Source: Malacoraja senta
Taxonomy: Eukaryota
Reading direction: 5' to 3'
Assembly (NCBI GenBank): GCA_038087875.1
Contig: CM075982.1
Location: 60,822,001-60,886,000 of the forward strand
Length of the DNA: 64,000 nt
A model generated the notes under the pieces. It had not been told where the DNA came from. It did not search any database and was given only the letters and a program-made list of their open reading frames with translations. The translations under genes and the position numbers were made by a program. Of the stretch, positions 11,230 through 24,180 are shown piece by piece (within the stretch, counting starts at the first letter, position 1; every line of letters starts with the position of its first letter).

Positions 11230-11723
11230 GGTTGGACAAATCCCAGAGATGAAATCGTAAAAACTGTGAAATAAAGATAGATGAGGTACGAATTGTGTCG
11301 CCAGGTGAAGGAATACAAGTGGAAGGGGACAAGAGGAAGGGGGAGGGGAGCAATGGTGCAAATCCAGGTGGGGCATAGGGAAGAAGAATAAAATACGGGA
11401 GTGCTTGTATGTAATAACGTAAAATTGTTCCTACATTAGGTTGTAAGCTATCCAAGTATAATATGAGATGCTATTCCTCCAGAATGCATGTGGCCTCCCT
11501 CTGGAAACGGAGGAGGCTCAGGACAGAAAGATCAACGTGGTAATGGAAGGGGAATTAAAATGATTAGCAACCAGGAGATCCAGCAGTCCTTGGCGGACCG
11601 AGCGCAAGTGTTCAGCAAACAGAGACAGAGGGGAAGGTACACAAAAATGCTGGAGAAACTCAGCGGGTGCATCAGCATCTATGGAGCGAAGGAAATAGGC
11701 AATGTTTCGGGCCAAAACCCTTC
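11230..11723 (-). mobile_element. PLE fragment: terminal-repeat piece, GIY-YIG C-terminal remnant and 3' region
   Basis: FAEHLRSVRQGLLDLLVANHFNSPS in ORF 11518-11715; homologous to 39543-39747. Confidence 0.8.
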
Positions 11724-12294
11724 GGAACTGAGCTTGGACATGACTGCTTGTTTTTGACAGCGTGTTTGAAAGTACTAGACAAAGGTATATGATTTATTTA
11801 CCAAATGTACAGGATGATTGGATTTGTCAGGCAGTAGTTGGACAGAATCCGAGATTGATTAAAGGAATAAACAAAATAATATTAAATACACTCGTGGAAT
11901 GTGAAATGTACAAGATGTGTAAAAACTTGGTCCAGTGGCAGAGGTGAAACAACGGACAGAGAGAAACCCAGCTTTGGCATGCCTTCTAGTTTGATTCAGC
12001 CTGTTGTTTGACTGCATAAGAAGTGACCAAAGACTCATGAAAGTCAGAGGACTGGAACTTCAATCAACATCAATAGGAGTACTACATGGGAGACCTATGA
12101 CGACTGACTGATTGTTTCAAAGTAACATTCTTTGGGCAATTTGCTTCTAAGGGCACAACTTCGGCCTTTGCAAAACCTTCCATGTCCACTGGTAGGAAAG
12201 GTTAACCAATGCCAACATTCACTCCCTGGGCTATATGGCCAGCACTGGGACTCTAACCATGCCCTGATGGGTAGGCCACTTTCCCAATGACAGA

Positions 12295-12528
12295 CAAGTT
12301 CACGTTATAAGAGTAGAATTAAGCCATTCGGCCCATCGAGTCTACTCCGCCATTCAATCATGGCTGGTCTCTGCCACATAATCCCATTTTCCTGCCTTCT
12401 CCCCATAACCCTTCACACCCGTTCCAGTCAAGAACTTGTCTATCACTGCCTTAAAAGTATCCACTGACTTGGCCTCCACAGCCCTTTGTGGCAATGAATT
12501 CCATAGATTAACTACTCTCTGACTAAAG
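12295..12528 (-). mobile_element. CR1 LINE 3' fragment
   Basis: FSQRVVNLWNSLPQRAVEAKSVDTFK.. in ORF 12354-12587. Confidence 0.9.
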
Positions 12529-12529
12529 A

Positions 12530-12950
12530 CACCAAGGACAAACACTCCAGTCAAAGCCCCATCACTGCAAGAGATTATCTGATGCACTGTCGAAATAATT
12601 TGAAGCTAGTCTCCCTCGACCCCGAGGGACTGCATGAGAAAATACTAGTGATCAGTCAGTAAGAGTACAGATAAATTGCAACATTTTCTGTGAGAGAGGC
12701 TTTTCCACTGAGTTGTGAATTGATTGGAATTCATAACAGGAAACTCGTGAAGAAAGAAATTTAATTCTAGAGGTGCTGAAAACATCGATTGGACCCTTTC
12801 CTTTACTTGCAAAACCATCATAAAGAGGAAGAAATATCTTCTAGCACTGCCAAACACAACAAACATTGATGAAGATAGGAAATATCAAGCCGCGGAGAGG
12901 TGAGCACAAAATCTGGAGATGACGATGCAAGAAAAATACAAGGGGTACTG
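12530..12950 (+). pseudogene. Possible decayed RTE-type LINE C-terminal remnant
   Basis: Faint C.RKIL.I-type motif (TGCATGAGAAAATACTAGTGATC); heavily degraded. Confidence 0.25.
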
Positions 12951-13023
12951 AGTGCAACGAATGATGTAATTTTAATCTTCTACATCTTGTCCTGCAATCA
13001 CTGCAATTCAATGCATTCAAACT

Positions 13024-13329
13024 GCATTGTGGTGTAGCGGTAGAGTTGCTGCCATACAGCACCAGAGACCTGATCCTGATTAGGGTTGCTGTCTGTACGG
13101 AGTTTGTATGTTCTCCCCGTGACCTGCGTGGCTTTTCTCTCGGCGCTCCGGTTTCTTCCCACACTCCAGAGACGTACATGTTTGAGGGTTAACTGGCTTC
13201 AGTAAAATTGTAAATTGTCCTGAGCACGTGTAGGGTAGTGTTAGTGTGCGAGGACCGCTGGTTAAAGCGGAGCTGGTGCGCCAAAGGGCCTGTTTCTGCG
13301 CTGTATCTCTAAATTAAACTGAACTAAAC
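13024..13329 (+). mobile_element. HE1-type V-SINE
   Basis: Head with deleted B box, body, (CTAAA)n-like tail. Confidence 0.88.
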
Positions 13330-13863
13330 TGGCAATGCCTGCCTGTGCATGGAACGAGGTGAAAACCTGTGTGTGGTCTGACTGCAATAAGCCCCCATCC
13401 CTCCACTGCCATTTGGAGTCACAACATTGATGTTGCATGCCACACACAGCCGCCCAGCAGGTTTCACCAGGGACGTATCAAAATATTCCAAATCTGGAGA
13501 AGAGCAACAACAGTGCAGTTTTTTAAATAGCCATCAAGTTTATCTATTTGCCTTTAACAGAATTTTTCGATTAGATCTCCAAAGTCCCAGCAGCAACAAT
13601 GAGAATTCTTGTGGGATAATCTTGCTCTGTGTTTCATCCGCTATTACTTTTTCTCTCCTACAGATGTTATGAAGATCAATCAGTTTGTGGTATTCTGCCT
13701 CTGAGCAAATCCCTGCTGCAGCACCACAGTGATGTTCAGTGCACAGAGTCCTGGGCATGTGTTCAGAGCAACTGCAAAGGAAGAACATAATTTCCTGTAC
13801 TCTTGTATCAGCTTGCATCTGAAATTAGCTCTTGTTGGATAACAATCCCTGTTGTTACCTACT

Positions 13864-13900
13864 GTTTAGTTTAGAGATACAGCGCGGAAACAGGCCCTTC
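13864..13900 (-). mobile_element. V-SINE 3' tail stub
   Basis: TTTAGTTTAGAGATACAGCGCGGAAACAGGCCCTTC. Confidence 0.75.
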
Positions 13901-14201
13901 ATCCCACATTCTTCTTCCTTTGCACGGCAGTATGTAAACACTTGTAACACAAGGAGAGTGTTTTCTTGGCATAGCAGTCTTTGGAGATATTGTCTGAGTT
14001 GCAATATAACTGCCTTATATTTGCTCTGTAGATAATGGCACAGAAAACAGTAGCAACATGGTTCCTTTCACATTGCAACAAGGTATGTCAGTCTACAAGA
14101 CCAGATAACTAAACTATGAACTAACAAAGTGCATAAGGGCTAAGTTTTAAAAGAAGGAACAAATCAAAAATGCAGGACATAAAATTGATAGAGAACAGCA
14201 A

Positions 14202-14418
14202 GGACGGCAGAGTGGCGCAGCGGAAGAGTTGCTGCATTGCAACGTCAGAGACCCGGTGTCAATCCTGACTACGGGTGATGTCTGTATGGAGTTTATACGT
14301 TCACCCCATGACCTGCATGGGTTTTCTCCAGGAACTCTGGTTTCCTCCCACACTCCAAAGACGCAAAGGTTTATAGGCTAATTGGCTTGGTAAAATTATA
14401 AATTGTCCCTAGTGTGTC
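14202..14418 (+). mobile_element. HE1-type V-SINE, 3'-truncated
   Basis: Head and body present, ends at GTCCCTAGTGTGT. Confidence 0.85.
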
Positions 14419-16814
14419 AAAACAAAGTTACAGGAAGATAGAATCATAAAATCAACCTTGGTCAAACTTTCCAATTTTCCTAACTTCAAGGGTTTATTTA
14501 TTGGTTGTAGACATTTACAGCAGAGCTTTATTGGTAATGCAATATGAAATTGGCTCTCTTTTTCACGATTGACCCTCGAAAGGAATTGGTTTTGTTTTGT
14601 TTTTTTCCCACTAGCAGTCAATGTGTACCTAGATGATCTTTGCAGATTTTACATATATAGGGAACCTAGGTAAAAGAGGAATAAACACTTGGTTCATCAA
14701 ATTCTGTCCCACCCAACTGGTGGTCTTGTCACACCTCCATGTCGTGGGCCTGCCTTCCGCTACTTTTAATGAAATCTCAAAATTGAATCTCGTACTCATT
14801 GTTGATTTCTCCTACTTGATTGTCTCATTGCAAGGCTGTATGCCAAACTACTCTTCAGCTTTATCACAGTGTTCAACCATCTTTCTCCAACAGTGAGAAA
14901 TTGGATTGAACCATTCCTCGCCACCACTGACTAGTCGCATAGCTGTCATTATTCCTTGCTTTCTATTTTTCCTCAACTTGGAAGAACCTTATCCCCTCTA
15001 ATCAGTTCCGATTAGTTTCCTAATCCCTTTCATCTCTTCAGCCACTCTGCGGTCCTCAAAATGTTGTCATCTTTTATCATTGTGTTTGGCCAAATGAATT
15101 CAAAACATCACTGCAACTTTAGCTTTATCCTTTAGTGCATTGTTAATATTAAAACCTACTAATAGCACAGCAGAGGAATCAAATTATGCACATAAATATG
15201 CTTGCGTGGCAGGAATAAAATTGAAGTTAGTGACAATGATGCCAGTTTGCATTTGCAAATCTACCATCAATCTGTCATTAAATATGTTATCAGAGGATGC
15301 TAAGTGTATGGTCCTTGCTTGCGTTGCTGCTTATTCATGATGCTGATGTGCAGTAATGGGGCAGTGTACATTAACATATTCTTGGTTGGATGAACACAAA
15401 ACATTCCTAGAAGCTTCTGCCTTGATTCCCCTTGTGACCAACTAACAAGTGTGGGATATCCTTAAATTGCCAGGAAAAAGCAAAAACACATTACTTTTAA
15501 TTAATAGTCCCATCATTTATTTATTAGTTGAATTCTGCCGTCCTGGTAATTTAAGTGATACATAAACCACAGACCATTTGATTTATTAACTCTTTGAGCA
15601 CTGAAATTATAGCTTTGTTCAGCAGCTGTGGTGTTTATTCAATTTTTTTTTAAACGCTGAGAGTGATGAATAATTTAGAAGTTGGAATACAAATTCACAT
15701 CTCTTCATTAAGTTGATTAATTCTGATGACAACATTTACTGTCACAACAGTATCTGGGGTTAGCCACGCCCTTTCCCATTGAAATTCCACAAGAATAAAT
15801 GAATTTAGGCCCTGAAGAAAATATTATAAATTAAGAAAATTGTTTGCTGGACTAAGATGATGTGGTGCTGCAAGGCTCAATTTAAGAAGCTTATCAAAAA
15901 GCAAGCAGTAACGGGCCCTACATTGTGCTCCTCAGGCTTGTCATATGAGCAACGTATTTCAAGTAAATTTAGTCAGAACCTGGCATCAATATTGAGACTG
16001 GTCTTCCCTACAGTTCACACAATACCTGGAGTTGCAATTACTTTTATTACACTTACATTGCCAGGTAGTTGTGATGTATTGTTGGGATTTGAGGAAAAAT
16101 CAGCTGGAATATTTGTGGCAAATTAAGCCATTCCTTCGGATTTATGACAGCAGTATTTCAACCTAATCATTGGGTTTGAAAGTTTTTTTGAGCGGAGTAG
16201 TTAGAAGAATACCTGTGATTGAAGTGAATGGTGGGTGACTGATTTTGTTGTGTTACTTCGTTCTGCTGCAGTAATTTATTTGCTGGTGGGATTTTGTTGT
16301 TTTGGACGCCGGCATTATATTTGCCTAAAATAGTTACTTCACTTCATAGTAGCTCATGGTATGTGACATTCCTTTTTAGCAGCCAGTGTTTTGTTGCACA
16401 CATCTCCCGCTAATACAGGGATACATGTTGTCACAATACCTGGAAGATTAGAACTGTAGCATCTCCTGGAGATACCTCCACCTTCTCCCACCTCCTCAAA
16501 TGTGTTGTCACATTCCAAATATTTGGTGCCCCTCCCCCATGCTTGTGGCATTTCGCTCTTTTTGTTTTCTTTAATATCTCTGCCATCCTCAAATATGCTT
16601 CCTGATTATGTCTTTTTAAATTTGCTTAATAGTAATGATTCATTAAACATGTTGACATCTGAATAACAAATCAGGTAACGGTTATCTTGATAATTTACTA
16701 AAAACCACATCCACTTGACAACAAGTATTTTTCCCAAGATGAAAAAATGCTTCTGCGGTTAAAACAAAACTGGTCAGAAGAAATAAGTTTGATTTTTGTT
16801 TAAAGCAGAAAATG

Positions 16815-17033
16815 ACCAAGATCTGAAACGTCACCTATCCATGTTCTCCAGAGATACTGCCTGACCTGTTGAGTCACTCCGTGTTTAAGATACCTGAAAC
16901 GTTGCCTATTTCCTTCGCTCCATAGATGCTGCCTCACCCGCTGAGTTTCTCCAGCACTTTTGTCTACCTGCTGAGTTACTCCTGCACTTTGTGCCCTTTT
17001 GGTATCAACCTGCAATTGCAGTAGTTTGTTTCT
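16815..17033 (+). mobile_element. PLE terminal repeat nested inside another PLE terminal repeat
   Basis: Two GAAACGT..CCTAT units of different subfamilies; ACCTG(T/C)TGAGT(C/T)ACTCC duplicated at 16864-16880 and 16966-16982. Confidence 0.75.
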
Positions 17034-17099
17034 TTCACTTATACAATGATAATACCTTACTTGATTATAGCAGATAATCGGAAACAGTGGACACCATTT

Positions 17100-17134
17100 C
17101 CCTCTATGGTCCATTATAACGAGGGCTTACTGTA
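17100..17134. mobile_element. Single Tigger-like TIR remnant
   Basis: GGTCCATTATAACGAGGGCTTACTG-TA resembles a Tc1/mariner-Tigger terminus; no clear partner TIR. Confidence 0.35.
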
Positions 17135-18496
17135 TTTTGAAGCACGTCAAAGAATATTGCAGAATCTTAACCATTGACAGGAAAGAACAACCATTTTATT
17201 CCTGGATTGTATTATTTTAAAGTTGCTAAGAAAGTCACGTGTGCGATGGATTTATCATTGGAACCGCATGATGTTTGATTCCGCTTTGCCTGTAATTAAG
17301 TAGTCAGTTTGGATGGAGTTTAACTTGACTCAATTTTCCTTGGCAATTAAATTGCCACCAGGAAGTGAAGAAATTACGAGGATGGCCATTTACTTTTCTG
17401 CCATCAGCGTCTCATCATTATTAAAAACAGCACTGCAGAAACCAACAAAAACTGCAAAAACAGTAGTACCCTGTTTGCAGATCCATTATAATCCCAGTTG
17501 CCATGTTGTACTGATTGATTGATTGGTTAATTGACTGAAGCACTAAGGATGCAGCTGGAAATTGACCTCTATCCCACATTGTGAAAATATTACCTCACCA
17601 GTCCTTGTCAATAACACATTACCAACAAGAACTGCCTTATCTTGACAGTGGCCTCCTTTATACGAAAAGAAGAATCTATTTGTGCAATACATATTAATTT
17701 TTATTACTGAAGAAAAATGTCACTGTCACATTGCTACAAATATACCATATTATTACAGTGTAGCATTGACCAAAGCATCACGAGAAGGGAAATGTAATGC
17801 TCTTCATCCACCTGTGCAACAGCAAAGAAATAAATGCAGTAAGAAATCAAGGGATAGAAATTAACCTTCAATAGGATGCAGTAAACACACTTTAAAATGT
17901 ATTTGTGCATTTTATAGGTGAAGTACACTGTCCATTTTTAATTTTTTTTAATGTGCCACTGAGGACAATTTCTATCTCCAACCCCTTTGAGCCAAAAGTT
18001 CCACTCTTGCCATATTATGAGGATAGTTTGTCATGACTGCCAGTTACCACTGAAGTATTGTATGGTATATAGACAAGTATTGTATGGTCAATGAGATAAC
18101 AAATTACTTCTCTCAGCATAGGGAAGTTTCAAGCATTTATCCTAAAGGTCTCTCACTTGAGTGCTGGCCAGTCACTCAGATTCAAAGCCAAAATATCAGT
18201 CTTGAGAATGGATAAAGATTGAACGTACTTACCTCATTTGGATGTTGTATGTCGATTAATGCTTTAGCTATGTGCAATTTAAATCAGGTCTACAACAATA
18301 ATTTAGCACCTTGGATAATTGACAAGACAAATCACACACAACTTCACATTAATCTTAGTAAGTAAGTAAGTCAGCGAACATTCTGTGTCACGCCAGTATT
18401 TTTTATTATCTAAAACTTGTTCCATCTGTGAAATGCCTGAAAAAATATTGACAGACATAGCAAGCTACCACAGCAATCATAAATATTCCAAACCCC

Positions 18497-18960
18497 TACT
18501 GAAAACTGATAGTGCTGGAAACACTCAGCAAGACAGGCAGCGTCTATTGTCATAAAATGGTCTTCACCCTGAAACATTAATTTATGTGCCTGTCCCACTT
18601 ACGCGACTTTTTCAGCGACTGTTGGCACCCGTCATAGGCCATGTTGAAAATCCAGCGGCGACCAGAAAGACGCTACGAATCTTTGGGCGACTGAGGAGAC
18701 TACTCATGACCATACAGGTGACATCCCGGCGACATGTCATGGGGCGAAGCATGTATGGTCGGGAGTAGTTACCCAAAGAGTCGTACCTTGTTCTGGTCGC
18801 CGCTGGATTTTCAACATGTTGAACATTTTCGACGACCTATGACAGGTGCTGGCAGTCGCCGAAAAAGTTGCATAAGTGGGACAGGTCCTTTAGTTTCTCT
18901 TTCCACAGATGATTCCAGGCCTGCAAGTGTTTCCAGCATGTTTTGATTCATTTCAGATTT
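18497..18960. mobile_element. Old-subfamily PLE palindrome interrupted by a MITE
   Basis: GCTGGAAACACTCAGCAAGACAGGCAGC arm; opposite arm CCTGAAACATTAA|GTTTCTCTTTCCACAGATG..TTCCAGCA split at 18585-18889. Confidence 0.65.
18585..18889. mobile_element. PIF/Harbinger-type MITE
   Basis: ~28-bp TIRs (..CCTGTCCCACTTACGCGACTTTTT / AAAAAGTTGCATAAGTGGGACAGG..), 3-bp TTA TSD (18582-18584, 18890-18892), internal perfect inverted repeat CATGTTGAAAATCCAGCGGCGACCAGAA. Confidence 0.85.
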
Positions 18961-20610
18961 GCAGGAACTGCATTTATTCCATGACTCTGAAGCTTATACT
19001 ACTCCAAATTTGGTCAAATGTTGCAATGAACAAAAAGACCAAAACCACAAATACTCAAAAATATCCCAATAAACCAATTTAAAACAAAAGCCCTTGTAGC
19101 TGTTACCTATGGTGAAATCAGTGGCAAAATACTCATTGGTTGTTTGAGTGGATTCTGATTGTAGGTAGTGGGAATTGTGGCAATGTTGTGCTCACAATGT
19201 TAAACCTCACGAGAGGTTTTATGCCAGAGCACCATTGGCACAACACTGAGGAATAGCTATCAGCCAGTTCAGAACTTCCATGTTCACACATGTGCACTTA
19301 AATCCCAATCTTCCATGGTCTTCACAAGAGAAAATACCAAGTTATGCAGAAAAATGTTGCCATCTCCCTTCAGTAAACAATCTGTGTTATTTTCCCCATT
19401 GTCCAAAGTGATCTATTCAACACTAAAGGCACAAATCACCAATATATGTAGCAATTGGAAGTCTGGAGGCATCTTTTATTCTAACCTCTCTTGTGCCTTG
19501 TGATGAGGGGAGGAGGGAGTTGAGCAAATGAGAGGGTGTGAGAGGGAGAGAGTGTGAATAAAGTGGACTAAGATAGGATTAGTGTAAAAATGGGATGCTT
19601 GACATTCAGTACAGACTCTGGTCCAAAGACCTGTCGGTCTTTATGTCTCTCCTGAGTGAATCGTGTCTTTCTACAAACCTTGGGTGCTCTTTGATTAAAA
19701 AGGAATGGGAATGGGCCAAAACATATTCAAATAGAGCAGTAATATTGTAAGTATATTAATGAAATAAAGTAAACCTGTTGGTTTTAGTGTATGAGTTTAT
19801 AGTCTAACTTGGAAACAAGATGGAAAACCTTGCTTCCATGAACTGCATTTGAGTCGCAACGTCAAGTGAAATTTGTCTTCACCCATTTCTCTTGGCATGA
19901 GTATTCATTCACCAACCACACACCAACCAAGACAAAACATCATAAAGTGATTAGACTCTAAAGTGTGTCATAGGTTATAGATTTGAGATGCATAATTTGT
20001 CATTTAATGCCAATTCCAAAGCCAGAGAACTGAATGAGACAGCAGAGAGTGGAGCCATTCCACAAACTCCTCTGACTCAATTATTTATGATGAATATTTC
20101 TTGATAATTATAGCCATGAAGAAAGGTGATATGCCAATGCCATAAGTTAGATTGTAACGAATTTACAGTTTTCATTAATTATTTCAAGTTTGAAATGCAG
20201 TATATTCAAGTTTCCAGAGAAAACTGGTGGATATCAGGGTCAACCTAGAGATATTCAAGGAAGCTAGGCAAAGTGATATTAACCAGTTATGTGAGTCCAT
20301 AGAAATATGTCGATTGGAATAAAACTCAGGGAAATATCTCCCTGGGATGAATTAAAATACATATTTTTTAAATAATTAGAAATTATGAAATGAGGATTTA
20401 CCTGTACGTATAGAAAACACAGGATAACCTTTGAAAACCAGCAATCAATTAGGAGGATAGGTAGAATATTTGCCTTAACTGCAAGTGAGTTAGGATGTTA
20501 ATGCAAGGATGCCATACAGCAGTGATAGGATACTCATTGAGATCACAGTAGGAGTATTCTGTGCCTTTCCTGGGTCCCACACCCAGAAAAGAATACATTT
20601 GCATTAAGAT

Positions 20611-21145
20611 TTAGAATCATAGAGGCATACATCATGGAAACAGTTCCTTCGGCCCAACTTGCCCATACTGACCAAGATGCACCATCTACACTAGTCCCAC
20701 CTGCCCACGTTTGACCGACATCCCTCTAAATCTTTCCTATCCATGAACCTGTCCAAAATGTCTTCTCCTTGTTGATATGGTATCTGTCTCAACTACCTCC
20801 TCTGGCAGCTTGTTACATATACCCACCACCTTCTGTGTGAAAAAGTTGCCTCTCAAGTTCCTATAAAATCTTTTGCCTCTCAACTTATATCTGTCCTCTA
20901 GTTCTTGATTTTCCTGCTCTGAGTAAAAGTCTCTGTGTGTTCACTGTATCAATTCCCTTCATGATCTTGTACATCTCTATAAGATCACCCTTCATCTGCC
21001 TGCGCATCAAGGAAAGTCCCACCACTGTACAACCCCTCCCTATAGTTCGGGCCCGTAAATCCTGGCAAAATCTTCTCTGCAGTCTTTCTAGTTGAACAAT
21101 ATCCTATCTGTAGCAGGATGCCCTAAAATGAACGCAATATTAAAG
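20611..21145 (-). mobile_element. CR1 LINE 3' fragment
   Basis: Colinear with 36677-37220 and inverse of 10333-11066. Confidence 0.88.
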
Positions 21146-21156
21146 ATACAATATTG

Positions 21157-21262
21157 GAAGACACAAAGTCTGAAGTAGGGTCTCGACCCGAAACGTCACC
21201 TATTCCTTTTCTCCAGAGATGCTGCCTGACCCGCTGAGTTACTCAAGCATTTTGTGTCTATC
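21157..21262 (+). mobile_element. Short PLE-derived insertion
   Basis: 10-bp TSD TACAATATTG (21147-21156, 21263-21272); CTGAAGTAGGGTCTCGACCCGAAACGTC. Confidence 0.88.
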
Positions 21263-22332
21263 TACAATATTGCAAACAGAGCCTCACCAACTTATTTTTG
21301 AGGTGCGAGAATTATCAAAGGAAAGATTAAGTAGAGGGTGTTTGTCCTCTTAGGAATCTAGGCGCATGAGAGCTCACCTCAAGGGAATGAATCAAATTTT
21401 GAGCTATTTCTGCTCCTGATAGTTTCACCTGCTTATGTATTCCAAAATGTATACATTTCTGGATAATACATAGAAATCACAAGAGGAATTATACCGATCA
21501 CATCATGGGTGTGGGCTAAGGCAAGAGGAAAAATGCCACTTCAAGAAAACTTTAGCACAAAATTTACCGAAGAGTGAAATGAGCTGTGAGCCCCTCTAAT
21601 GAATTAAAACAATCTTCTGAATGAAGAGCCATGTCCCTGTCATATTTTTTGGTTCATTGCCATTAAAGCTGCCAAAGGACAGACTGCAAAGCAACTGATA
21701 CAATTTGTTTTGTACTGAAATGAGATGACAGAACATCTTACATTCAATTTTGTATATGCGCTATGACAGAACTTAAATGCTTGGTTGTGTATTCCAAGGC
21801 ATTTCTAAATACCTCCCTCAATAAAAGGTAGAGGCAGTGCATTCGAACACGGAGGAGGTCACCTTAGGTTCAACCTGCTTGGAGGAGTACTCACATTTGC
21901 AATGTTTCATTTCTGACTGTGCTGACTGCTGTTACTTTCTCATTTACAAACTGAGAGTGCTTAGCTGAATTTGTTGTCAGCCCAGCTGCTAACAAAATGC
22001 TGTCATTCAACGTGACATGTATCAGTGAGGATTGTAACAGATATCATCCATTCCTTCACATGTAAACAGCAACCGCTTGGAAACGTGATCAAATGTGTGT
22101 TCTGGAATGGCAGCACGTTGGATGAGACGATGTAGCAATCTGCCCAATAAAAGATTAAAATCCAGTACAAGCTCGACCTGGCCACAACCAAACCAAGCCC
22201 ACCCAAGCTTGAAGGTGCTTGATCTGATTTTGGCAGAGAGACGAGGGTCCTGTCAGGCTCAGGTTAAGTGGACAGACCCTACCTGGATGCAACTGTTGAG
22301 ATTTTCCTCTGCTAAGCAAAGAGGTCCTTCTG

Positions 22333-22733
22333 CAGTTGTACAGAGCCCTAGTGAGACCACACCTGGAGTATTGTGTGCAGTTTTGGTCCCCTAATTTGAG
22401 GAAGGACATTCTTGCTATTGAGGGAGTGCAGCGTCGGTTTACAAGGTTAATTCCCGGGATGGCGGGATTGTCATATGCTGAGAGAATGGACCAGCTGGGC
22501 TTGTACAGTCTGGAGTTTAGAAGGATGAGAGGGGATCTCATTGAAACATATAAGATTGTTAAGGGTTTGGACACGCTAGAGGCAGGAAACATGTTCCCGA
22601 TGTTGGGGGAGTCCAGAACCAGGGGCCACAGGTTAAGAATAAGGAGTAAGCCATTTAGAACGGAGACGAGGAAACACTTTTTCTCACAGAGTGGTGAGTC
22701 TGTGGAATTCTCTGCTTCAGAGGGTGGTGGAGG
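22333..22733 (+). mobile_element. CR1 LINE ORF2 C-terminal fragment, young
   Basis: ORF 22336-22746 YRALVRPHLEYCVQFWSP.LRKDILAIEGVQRRFTRLIPGM. Confidence 0.93.
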
Positions 22734-23060
22734 TAGTTTAATTTAGTTTAGTTTAGAGGTACAGCGCAGAAACAGGCCCTTCGGCCCGTCGAGTCCGCAC
22801 CAACCAGCGAACCCCGCACATTAACATTATCCCACGCACACAAGGGACAACTTACACATACACCAAGCCAATTAACCAACATACCTGTACGTCTTTGGAG
22901 TGTGGGAGGAAACCAAAGATCTTGGAGAAGACCCACGCGGTCACGGGGAGAATGTACACACTCCGTACAGACAGCACCCATAGTCGGGATCGAACCCTGG
23001 TCTCCAGGTCTGCAAGCGCTGTAAGGCAGCAACGCTACCGCTGGGCCACCATGGCCGCCC
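22734..23060 (-). mobile_element. HE1-type V-SINE (long-head subfamily)
   Basis: Full length; abuts and truncates the CR1 fragment. Confidence 0.9.
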
Positions 23061-23985
23061 ACGGTGTCTGGGTGGTGTCACTTACATCTACAGATACCCA
23101 GATGACCAAAAGTCTGTGAGAATGCTTGCTTTTTTGACGTTTTAATAAATGCATTGTTTTTAAACTTTACCCTATTGGGGTATTTTGTCTGCATCATTGA
23201 TCTAACGCCTCGAAAGCTGCTTGTACTGTTACAAATACTTGCTTCAGAATCTAGATTTGGAAAATTTGTATCCCTCTTTTGTCTGCCTAATGATTTCCAG
23301 ATTGTATTTCCTGAGAAATTGCTGCAGAAAATATGAAAAAAATACATGTTAATGCAGCTTGATTGCGTTTGTTTGCACCAATTCGAAATAGTGTTGGTAC
23401 TGAAAACCCTGTTTTCTAGAAGACTTAATTTCAAAACCTCCGATACATTAGGACATTCATGTTAGTTTACTGAAGTTTTCTGTCTTTTATATAATTATTT
23501 TTCCTTGATGCCTGGTAGTTATATATCCAATTGCACAAGCCCTAGCTCAAAGGAATGCTCTAAACTATTCACTCTCTCCATTGCCAATTGGTGGTATACT
23601 TCTTAAAACCAATCTATTTGATCATTCCTTCTCCTTCTTTGGCTCAACGTCCTTTTTTCTTTTGAACCAAATTTCTGTGGGATATTTTTCCATGTTAAAG
23701 ATACTGTATGAATGCAAACATGTTGGAGTTGAGGCATTTCTTATGGCAAACTCTCTGGGCTATTGGATGTTTTGCACTAATATACTGGCACACCTTCAAT
23801 TCACACAATTTGATGTTACACAATATTATAATAAACTTTCTACTGAACATGTTTAAAGGGGGTTTAGGAACTGGGTTCCCGGTGAGTTTAGTGAGAGCAA
23901 GGGAAACTGTTCTTGTGAGCTGCTAGGGACTGCAAGAGATAGAGAACTTGGTAACTTGGTGTCAGGACAGCAACTTGTTTCTCAA

Positions 23986-24180
23986 AAGATAGACACAAAT
24001 TGCTGGAGTAGCTCAGCAGGTTAGGCAGCATATCTGGAGAAAAGGAATAAGTGACATTTTGTGGTCGAGTCCCTTCTTCAGACTGGAATCTGAAGAAGAG
24101 TCTTGACCCAAAATGTGAGTCTGAACATAAACATAAACATAGAAATGTCTGTCTTTGGTGTATCTGCAGTCCCTTCCTAC
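23986..24180. mobile_element. Palindromic PLE-derived insertion
   Basis: ..CCCTTCTTCAGAC-TGGA-ATCTGAAGAAGAGTCTTGACCC centre; ends CTGCAGTCCCTTCCTAC. Confidence 0.8.

Larger units (their letters stand above)
20440..21400 (+). mobile_element. Very old CR1 remnant hosting two younger insertions
   Basis: GGAGTATTCTGTG..GGTCCCACACCCAGAAAAGAATACATTTGCATT (EYC..W.P..RKD..AL-like) before 20611; continuation after 21272. Confidence 0.5.

Noticed and set aside
14630-15060. L2-type RT remnant
   Set aside because: Only a vague AVI.P...N.R..S resemblance; insufficient without a search.
18053-18087. 14-bp direct repeat AAGTATTGTATGGT
   Set aside because: Ordinary slippage micro-duplication.
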